Part shown: piece after piece, positions 54,100 to 64,000 of the stretch | Position numbering within the stretch: the first letter of the stretch is position 1 | Layout: every line of letters begins with the position of its first letter | Made by a program: the position numbers and the translations under genes | NCBI RefSeq assembly: GCF_009914755.1 | Contig: NC_060936.1 | Reading direction: 5' to 3' (one strand) | From: the human T2T-CHM13v2.0 reference genome, Homo sapiens | DNA length: 64,000 nucleotides | The notes under the pieces: model-generated | Told to the model about the DNA's origin: nothing | The model's database searches: none | What the model saw: only the letters and a program-made list of their open reading frames with translations

Positions 54100-55300
54100 A
54101 AAATAGAATGCAGCAAATAGATATAAAAAATTATCAAGTAATAAGTACAATCAGTAATATGCTTTGATTATAAATAACTTAGACAAACATATAAAATTTC
54201 ATATATGCTAGTACAATAATAATCAGTGAGTAAAGAAATTGATTCAAATATTATATTTACAATTGACAATCTAAATACATCAAATGCCCTACTACAAACT
54301 CTTTCAGAATAACAAAAATACAAACCAAACCAAAACAAAACAATCCAGAGATGACTACCTTAATAAAAGGTAAAAGCACATTCTGTTATTGGATAGAAGG
54401 ATTAAATAATTCAAAATGTCATTTTTTCTAAATTAATATTTTATGTAATACTGCTTTATCTGTATCAAGTAAGAAAACTGTTCTTTAAGTTGAAATGAAA
54501 AAAGAAATATCTAAGAAAAATTGGAAATTATCTGTCAAAGAGAAGGACTGGGATAATGGCAGAGGAAATAGTACAGCTGGACATCAAATGATAGAGCTCT
54601 AGTTAATAAATGGTTGGTATAGAGTAGACTGACATATCAGTGGAGCATAATAGAGAACCTGAAAATCACCTCTCACACATAAATTGCTTTAACCTATGAA
54701 AATTAGTTGAAAAACACGTGTAGGTAAACAAATAATGGTGGAGAAATTGGCTAGGCATTTGAGTAAATATGAATTTCTACTACATGCCCTACTATAAAAT
54801 TTATTCTAGATGGATATAATTTATACATGTTAAAGTGAATCTAGAAAAAGTACTAGAAGAATATATAATTTTTCTTTATGTCTTCTAATGGAGTAGGCTT
54901 TTCTAAGGATGACACAATCTATAAGCCTATAAGCCATAAAAAGGTTTGAAAAGGTTTGCTCATATAAAAATGGGAAAAAATGCAGAAAAATCTTTCACAA
55001 ACCCATAAAATAAAAACAGGCTGAAAATATGTTTTTAATGCATAATAGGCCAAAAATAATAATTTGTGTTATATATAGTCACTTCAACTCAATAGGAAAT
55101 AGAAATAGCTCATTGAAAAAATAGGCAAGTGGCCTAGGATGCTTTTGGAAAATCTTAGAATATTCATATATAAAATATGCTTACTATTACTTAATTTTAG
55201 AAGGTTAATTAAAACAAAAATGAGAAAATATTTTTCAAAAGTGCAGCAAAACACTGTGTTGGAGAGGATGGGTAAAATGAGTATTTTTGTTTAATAAGAG
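54100..55300 (+). mobile_element. Highly decayed L1ME ORF2 fragment
   Basis: TGGATAGAAGGATTAAATAATTCAAAATGTCA; AAATAATGGTGGAGAAATTGGCTAG. Boundaries approximate. Confidence 0.55.
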
Positions 55301-55727
55301 CTGTTGATAAGTTTAGTAAAACTAAAATTATTGCATATATAAAAATCTCAAAAGTTTACTAAAACAAAACTGTTATATATTTTGAAGTCTTTAGAATATG
55401 ACTAGAAGGAGAGGAGAGTAGTGTCAAAAATAGTGAAAACAAGAATTAAAATGAAGAAAAAATTAAGATAGCACTTGAAGCGGTAAATTTGAGCACTTTT
55501 TAATATTGTAATTAAAAATCAAAGTAACAAGAAGAATTTGACAAAGAATGAAAAAAATTAAGTCTGATCTTAACAGACAGTAAAAATTTTTCCTGTTGGC
55601 AAGCCATTAAGAAAATGGAATACATATTAGGCTTAAGTTAAAAGCATGAAACAACAGAAAATCTCACCTACTAAGAAAACATCCATTGGAGGAGCAGCAA
55701 ATAATGAAAGTTAGAAATATTGGCATA

Positions 55728-56591
55728 TGTGATTTTTAATTTTAGGTGTCAACTTGAGTGGGCTAAGGGATGCTCAAACAGCTGGTCAAACATTATTTCT
55801 TAGTGTGTCTGTGAGGGTGTTTCTGAAAGAGATTTGCATTTGAATCAATAGACTGAATAAAGAAGATTGCCCTCAGTGATGTGGACAGACATCATCAAAG
55901 TCATTGAGGGTATGGGTAGAACAGAAAGAAAAAGGAAGAGTAAATTCTCTCTCTCTTCTTGACTCACAACATCTATCTTCTCCTGTCGGCAGGCATCACA
56001 GCTCCTCTGGCCTTCAGACTGCAAGATTTACACCAGTACCTCTTGCCCCCTGCTCCCCCATTTTGCAGATCTTTGGCCTCTGATGGTTAGTTACATTATT
56101 GGCTCCCCAGGTTCTCAATCCTTCAGACTTGGAGTAAATTTCTCATTTGGCTTTCCTGGTTTTCCAACTTACAGATAACATATTACAGCACTTCTCATCC
56201 TCCGTAATTGCCTGAGCCAATTCCCATAATAAATCTCTTCATATATTTATATGTAGACGGTCTCCAATTTACAATGGATCAACTTATAATTTTTCAACTT
56301 TATGATGGTTTTATCAGGATGTAACTCCATCATAAGTCAAAAGCTCCTTACAGCTTACAATGGGATAACAGTTTCTACTGAATGTATATCGCTTTCACAC
56401 CACTGTAAAGTTGAAAAATTGTAAGTTGGACCATCATAAGTTTGGGACCATCTGCTCTGTTGCCAGCATTAAATGCATTTTTGACTTATAATATTTTTGA
56501 TTTGTGATGGATTTATCAGAATGAAACCTCAGTGTAAGATGAGGAGCATTTATATATCCCACTGATTCTGTGGAGAACTCTGAATAATACA
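55728..56591 (+). mobile_element. MLT2 5' LTR of an ERVL provirus
   Basis: TGTGATTTTTAATTTTAGGTGTCAACTTGAGTGGGCTAAGGGATGC...AATAAA...GAGAACTCTGAATAATACA, followed by PBS-like TGGTGCCA. Confidence 0.9.
56254..56552 (-). mobile_element. MER47/Tigger5-family MITE inside the MLT2 LTR
   Basis: MER47-type termini (AGACGGTCTCCAATTTACAATGG; GTAAGATGAGGAGCATTTA) in a TA tract. Confidence 0.75.
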
Positions 56592-59500
56592 GGTTTTGGT
56601 GCCAAAAATCGTTTTAGAGGAATAGAATTTTAAGTATGAGTTTTCTGAATTTGTTTTGGGGTTTGAAGAACTTCTTCTGTAATGTGATCATTTAAAGATT
56701 ATAAGTACTCTATTTCCAGTCATAAAGTGAGCCTTGATACTCTATGATATGAACTGTTTATACAGATATCCAAAATATCTGCACTGGACACTACTAAGCA
56801 ATCACCTAAAGGAAGCAAAGAGCTAAGTAACTCTGAATATGATGCTTCCAAATATTTTTGGTGAAAAATATATAATAACATTGGTTGGTTCTTCTTAATG
56901 TTGCTGGGCAAAGTGGTGATGAGAAAGGAGGAGTTTAAGGAATTTGAATTCGCAGCTCAAGGGCCATATAAATGACCTAAGAGCTTCTAGGTGTGCCCTG
57001 AGGGACAGCCTTATCTCCTGCTGCCCAGCACTGCAATTATTGAAAATCAAATATAGGACCTTAGATTTTCAAGGTCCTTATCCTGTCATTGGCTAAATTA
57101 CAACACAAGTTAAACTTTCAGCCTCACACAATGTCTCTTGTTAAAGTGAGAGCATTGATTGATTGATTGGGAAAGAATGAGATACTGTAAGTTAGGATGA
57201 GGATGTGTAGGAAGACCCCGATGAAGCTGGAGACAATGAGCCCTTAAAATCTAATGAGCCTTCTTTGCCACTGGAAGAGGTCTCCCCATACCCAGCAAAA
57301 GTGGTCTTCCCAAACCCAGCAGAAGCTGCTTTCCCAACAGTGGCATTGATTTTTCCAACTCCATCTGAAAGAATTAACCCTGCATTGCATGAGAAAAATG
57401 GTAATTACCTTTTCAAGAAAGACATACTCATTTCCTCAGGATCCACTTTCCTCCTCTTTCTTCTAGACCTAAATCTCAGCAGGCTCTTAAAGGTGAAGTA
57501 CAAAGTGTGACCCATGAGGGTGTGGACTATAAATCCAGAAGAACTACTTGAGTTTTCTAATTTACAGAAACAGAAATCCAGATGAACATGTGTGCGATTA
57601 ATATAAAGGATGTGTGAAAATGGTGAAAGGAACATAAAGTTGGATCTGGATAAATTTATTCATAAGGGCCTATTAAGGAGAAGTTCTGCATTTTATTCTT
57701 CAGCTCGTGGAGTTAGAAAAGGCTCTAACAGTTTGTTTGGGTGAAACATGGATCAAAAGGTAGCCTACAACGAGTGAATTAGAAATGCCTTATCTTCCTT
57801 AGTTTAATGTAGAGGAAGAGATTCAAAGGCTTAGGGAGATGTTAGTATTAGAGTAAATTTGCCATTTAAGACCTTCTTGACTCATCCACACTGGGAGAGT
57901 CGAGAAGACATATCTTTCAACAAAACTTCAACATATAAATTTGTGAGGGGAGTCCCAACATCCTCGAAGAGCTCAGTAGTTACTTTTCTCTGTAGGGCAG
58001 ACCTAACAGTGGGAACCTCCACCACTCAATTGGAAATCCTATTGATAGCATAGTAATGGTAGTAGTAACTGGATCACAGGGTGGCAGAGACCAAGTGACA
58101 GCACTCAACCACCAAAAGCAAAGTGGGCATAATTACCAAAATGGACAAGAGAGTCAAAGGAGCAATCAGAATAGTATGTCTTGCCCAGATCTATGGTGTT
58201 AGCAAGTCAATCATGATGTTCTCAGATATAAAATAAATAGGAAGTCTACTAAATCTTACTTGATCTGTATAAGCAGTAAAGTTACAGGTCCAATGAACAG
58301 AAATTTGATTCAACTCATTAAAATATAGAGTCAAGGTCCCTTGAACAGTTCCCAGATTTCAGCCAGTTTGCATATCAGCCAGTTTGCATACCCAGGACTC
58401 CATGAATGCAAGGGAGGCCAGTTATGCCTCAAGGAAAAACATCAGTACACCACTGAAAATTTATACTGCTAATATTTCCACCAGTCTACTCCAGACAGAA
58501 CAATGTCCTTTTACCAGGTTAACTGTGCACTAAAAAGAAAAGAAAATATTAAGACTTTTTTGAGACTACTGGACATTGGATCTGAAATAAAATTGGTTTC
58601 AAGAGACTCAAAACATCAGTGTGGCCTTCTATTTAGACTAAGGGCTTATGAAAATTAGGTAATCAATGACTAATTAGTAATTAGTAATTACTAATTACTG
58701 CTCATGTTCAACTCACAGTGGGCCCAGTGGTTCTCCAAACCCAAACTGTGGTTATTTTTCCTAGTTTCAGAATGAATCATTAAAATATAAGTACTTAGCA
58801 GCTGGCAGAATTCCCATATTTTTCTCCAACCTGGAGCAAGAGTTAATATGGTAGAAAAGGCCAAATGGAAGTCAATAAAACTGCCTCTACCTACAAAAAT
58901 AGTAAATCAAAAGTAATACCAAAGTCCTGGAGAAATTATGGAGATGTGTTCCACCATAAAGAACTTAGATGCAGGGACAGTAATTTCCAATACATTCCCA
59001 TTCAATTCTATTTGACTTGTGCAGAAGACAGATGGATTTTGGAGAATGACAGTAGGTTATTGTAAGCTTAACCAAGTAGTGACTACAACTGCAGCTGCTA
59101 TAACAGATGTGGTTCCATTGCTTGAGTAAATTAACATCTCCCCTGATACCTGTTATGCAGTTACTAACCTGCCAAATGTGGTTTTTTTTTTTCTATAATT
59201 GTCCATAAAGCCCACCAAAAGCAGTTTTCTTTCAGCTGGCCAGGTCAGCAATATATCTTCACTGTTTCACCTCAAGGGTGTATTAACTCTCCATCCCTGT
59301 GTCATAATTCAGTTCACAGGGATCTTGATTGCCTTTCTCTTCCACAAGATATCACACTGGTCTATTGCATTGATAACATTATACTGATTGGACCTCATGC
59401 ATAAGAAGTAGCAACTACTCTAGATTTATTGGGAAGACATGTGTGTGCCCAAGGATGATATATAAATCCTACTAACATTCTGGGCCTTCTCCATCAGTGA

Positions 59501-61070
59501 TATTTCTATGGGCCCAGTGGTATGGTGCACCTTGATGTATCCCCTCTATGGTGAAGAACAAGTTGCATTGGGGCCATTCTACAATCAAGAAAAAGCCCCA
59601 GTGCCCAGTGGGCCTATTTGGGTTTTGGAGGCAACATATTCCTCATTAAGTATGTTACTCTGGTCCATTGATGGAATGATAGTTTTGAGCAAAACCCAGA
59701 ACAAGAAAAGGGTCTGCAACAAGTCCAGGATGTTGTGCAAACTGCTCTCCCCTTGGGCCATAAGAACCAGCAAATCCAATGGTGCTTGACATCAGTGGTG
59801 TTTGAAGTATCAGTGGCAAGTAGGGATTCTGTTTGGAGTTTTTGGTAGGTCCTCATAGGTGAATTGTAGTACACCTTTTGGGATTCTGGGGCAAAGCCTT
59901 GCCATTATTCATAGATAACTACCTTCCTTTAAAAAACAGATCTCGGCCTGCTCCTGGGATTTAATAGAGACTGAATGCTTGACCATATGCCACCAAGTTA
60001 CCATAAGACCTGAGCTGCTAATTATAAACACAGTGTTATCTGAATCAATGAGCCATAAAATTGGGTGTGTACGGTAGCATTGCTTCAGAAAATAAGAGTT
60101 GTATATATGTGATTGGGCTGAGCAGGACCTGAAGGCACAAGTAAGTTACATGAAGAAGTGGTCCAAATCCCCATGATCCTCACTTCTACAACACTGCCTT
60201 TTCTCTCCCAGCCTGTACCTACAGCCTAATGGGGAGTTCCTTATGATACTTAGAGGAAGAGAAGATTCAGGCCTGGTTAATAGATGGCTCTGCATGACAT
60301 GCAGGCACTACCCAAAGTGAACAGCTGTAGCACTACAGCCCCTTTCTGGGACATTCCTAAATGACGATGGTGAAAGGAAATATTCCCAGTGGGCAGAACT
60401 TTGGTCAGTGCACATGGCTGTGCACTTTGCTTGGAAGGAGAAATTACCAGATATGAAATTTTATACTGATTCATGGTCTGTAGCCTATTTTTTCACTGAA
60501 TAATGGGGATTTTGGAAGGAATATGAATGAAAAATTGGTTACAAAGAAATCTGGGAAAAACATGTGGATAGACCTCTCTAATGGGAAAACAACATGAAGA
60601 TATTTGTGTCCTATATTAATGGTCAAAGGGTGACTTCAGCAGATGTCAATTTTAATAATCAAGTGGACAGGATGACTCATTTATTGGACACCAGTCAGAA
60701 TCTTTCTCCAGCCACCCCTGTCATCACCCAATGAGCTTATGAACAATGGGCTATAATGGCAGGGATGAAAGCTAAGCAGGGGCTATGCAACATAGATTTC
60801 CACTCACAGAAGCCAGCCTAGTTACAACCACCTCTGATTTCCCAATCTCCCAGCAGCAGAGACCAAGCTGTAACTCCTGATAACGCATCATTCCTTGGGG
60901 TGACCAACCAGCTACCTGGTGGCCGATAGATTATAGAGGATCACTTCTATCATGGAAGGGGTAGCATTTTGTCCTTACTACAATAGGCACTTACTCTGAA
61001 TATGGATTTGCCTTCTCTACACCAATGCTTCTGCCAAAATATATATGGATTTACAAAATTCTTTGCCAAC

Positions 61071-61487
61071 TTACATGGCTTGGATATTTCTCCCCTCCAA
61101 ATCTCATGTTGAAATGTGATCCTCATTGTTGAAGATGGGCCTAGTGGGAGGTGACTGGGTCATGGGAGTGGACTTCCCATAAATGGCTTGGTGCCATCCT
61201 TGTAATGAGTGAGTTCTCACTCTATTAGTTCACAAGAGAACTAGTGGTTAAAAGAAGCCCAGCATCTCCTCTCCTCTCTTTTGTTCCCTCTCTCACTGTG
61301 TGATGTGCCTGTTCCCCCTTCACCTTCTGCTATGCGTAAAAGCTTCCTGAGGCCTCACAGGAAGCCAAGCAGTTGCTGTTTCCATGCTTGTACAGCTTGT
61401 ACAACCGTGGCCCAAATAGATCTCTTTTCTTAATAAATTACCCAGTCTCAGGTATTCCTTTATGGCTATGCAAATTCAGCTAATGCA
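61071..61487 (+). mobile_element. MSTB-type MaLR solo LTR in the ERVL integrase
   Basis: CCCTCCAAATCTCATGTTGAAATGTGATCC. Perfect TSD CCAAC (61066-61070, 61488-61492). Confidence 0.9.
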
Positions 61488-62151
61488 CCAACCATCATAG
61501 TATTCCACACACCATTGCTTCTGACAAATAAACTCATTGAGCAGCCAAATAAGTGTGTCAATAGGCACATATTCATGCAATTCACCAATCTTACCGTGTT
61601 CCCCAACACGCTAAAGGAGCTGGCTTGATGGAATGGTGGAATGGCCTTTTGAAGACTCATTTACAGTTCTAGGCAGATGGCAGTACCTTGCAGGACTTGG
61701 GTAATGTGCTCCGGAAGGCTGTATATGTTCTTAACTAAAGTACAACATATGGTACTGTTTCTCCAAAAGACAGGATTTATGGTTCTGGAATCAAGGGATA
61801 GAAATGGGAGTGGCACCACTCATCATTATACCTATTCATCCACTAGCAAAATGTTTGCTTCTTGTTCTTGCAACTTTATGCTCTTCTGGCCTAGAGGCCT
61901 TAGTTCCAGAGGAAGAAATGCTTTCACTAGAAGGTACAATAATGATTTTATTAAACTGGAAGTTAGACTGCCACCCAGCCACTTTGGGCTTCTCATACCT
62001 CTGAGTTAACAGTCTTAGAAAGGAATAACAATGTTGGCTGGGGTGATTAATCCTACTACCAAGGGGAAATTTTACTACTATGCCACAGTAAAGGTGAGTA
62101 AGAGTATGTCTGGAATACAGGACGTATGTGAGGGCATATCATATCTTAGTA

Positions 62152-62472
62152 TGGTCACATAATGCATAAAGATGTTTCACTGAATGACAGATCACCATCC
62201 CCAAAGTTTATAATATTATATTTTACTATGCCTTTTCTATGTTTAGATACACAAATACCATTGTGTTGCAATTGTCTACAGTATTCAGAACAGTAACATA
62301 TTGTTCAGGTTTATAGCCTAGGAGCAACAGACTATACCATACAGCTTAGGTGTGCAGTAGGCCATGCCATTTAGGTTTTCATAAATACATTATATAATGT
62401 TTGCACAACGGCAAAATTGCCTAACAACAAATTTCTCTGAATGTATCCCTGTCATTAAGCAGCACATGATTA
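62152..62472 (+). mobile_element. Tigger3a (MER7A) MITE in ERVL
   Basis: TA on both sides. Termini TGGTCACATAATGCATAAAGATGTTTC and GCACATGATTA. ERVL sequence rejoins across it. Confidence 0.85.
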
Positions 62473-62713
62473 TATTACCATGTGCTGTGATTAAGTTCAA
62501 TGGAAAATTACAACACAACCCAGACATAACTACAAATGGCCTTGACCCTTCGGAAATGAAGGTTTGTCTCACCCTGTCACATCAAGAACCACAACCAGTT
62601 GAGGTTTTAGCTGAAGGCAAAGCAATATAAAATGGGTAGTAGAAATTAATTATAAATACCACTTACAACCACATAACCCATTATAGAAACTAGCAGTGTA
62701 GTTGTCATTGGTA

Positions 62714-64000
62714 TGGTTGACCTTTGAACAATATGGTTTTGAGTGCTTTGGATCTACTTGTACAAATTTTTTTCAATAAATACATTAGAAAACCTTTTTG
62801 GAGACGGGTTAAATTTTGAAAAAAAATTGATCCACATAGCCCAGAAATATTTAAAAATTTGAAAAAGGTATGCTGTGAATGCAAAAATATATATACATAC
62901 TAGTCAATTTTATCATTTAATACCATGAAATATACACAAATCTATTGAAGAGAATTAAACTTTATCAAAATGTAAAACTTTATCAAAATGTACACAATCA
63001 CAGATATTATTCATAGATCATACATGGGGCCATTGCAGTCAAGAGAAATGTAAACAAATAAATTTGTAGTATTAAATCATAACAGCATAAAATTAACTGT
63101 AGTAATACTGTACTACAGTAATAATTTCGTAGCCACCTCCTGTTGATATTGCAGTGAACTGAAGTATTCTGAGTATCCATTTAAAACACCTGTGATGCTA
63201 ATCATCTCCAATTTGCAGTTTGTCTCTTCAATAAATTGCCTATCACAGTAAAAAGTGATCTCTTGCAGTTCTTACATATGTTTCACCATGTTTGGAGCAA
63301 TACTGTAAACCATGAATAACACCATGGGACCAATAGGGAGTGCCATAAATGATGCTGAAAGTGCTCTCAGGAAGCAGAAAAAAAAATTATGACATTACAA
63401 GACAAAGTTGAATTGCTTGATATGTACCAAAGAGTGAGGTCTGCAGCTGTGGTTTGCCACCATTTCAAGATAAATGAATTCGGGATAGCGACCATTGTAA
63501 AAAAAAGAAAAGGAAATTTGTGAAGTCATCAATGCGGTCACACCAGCAGGTGCAAAAAAGCTTTTGTAAACTACATTTGTATCACATATTGAAAATGCAG
63601 CTTTTATATGGGTGCAGAATTCCTATAAGAAAGGCACACCAGTAGACTATAATATCATTCAAGAAAAAATGAAGTTATTATATGACAACTAAAGCAAAAG
63701 GAAGATGAAGAATCTAAAGTTGGATAATTTAATGCCAGCAAAGGATGGTTTGATCATTTTAGTGAGATGTTTTGGCTTAAAAAATGTCAAGGTAACAGGA
63801 AAAGCAGCTTCTGCCTACCAAGAGGCAGCAGACAAGCTCCCAGACTCTGTTAAGAAAATTATTGAGGAGAAATGATATCGGCCTAAACAGATTTTTAATG
63901 CAGATGAAAATGTCCTCTTCTTAAAATCATGCCACAAAAGTCATTTGATATTAAGGAAAAGAAGTGAGTACTAGAATTTAAGGCAGGAAAGGATAGGCTA
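62714..64000 (+). mobile_element. Tigger2 DNA transposon 5' part with decayed transposase (start ~63323); runs off the window
   Basis: TA then TGGTTGACCTTTGAACAATATGG terminus. MTLQDKVELLDMY, FNASKGWFDHF and QIFNADE pogo-type transposase motifs. Confidence 0.9.

Larger units (their letters stand above)
56592..62713 (+). mobile_element. ERVL internal region: decayed gag, protease, RT, RNase H, integrase and dUTPase
   Basis: Protease LLDIGSE (58566-58586). RT YIDD relic CIDN (59366-59377). RNase H DGSA ~60283 and YTDSW ~60462. Integrase IDY/IASD/EWWNG. dUTPase-like GLEALVPE...LNWKL (ORF 61804-62004). Many stops and frameshifts. 3' LTR not in the window. Confidence 0.92.

Overview
Primate (very probably human) AT-rich genomic DNA made mostly of nested transposable elements. 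No intact protein-coding gene, RNA gene or CRISPR array is supported. The one gene-derived feature is a processed pseudogene of TMEM230 (18361-20279), with an internal coding deletion and a 5'-inverted L1 in its 3' UTR. LTR content: a MER11 solo LTR, two two-LTR THE1 MaLR elements, a MER4-group ERV1 provirus (42297-50086) whose upstream flank is unexpectedly repeated in front of its last LTR, an MLT2/ERVL provirus relic with protease, RT, RNase H, integrase and dUTPase remnants, and several solo LTRs. Other repeats: Tigger1/2/3 and MER47 DNA transposons, four Alus, many L1s (three with twin-priming inversions), L2 and MIR relics. I found no convincing new biological system. The most interesting signals are structural and mutational scars and candidate regulatory motifs. 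Family and subfamily names come from my recall of consensus sequences, not from a search.
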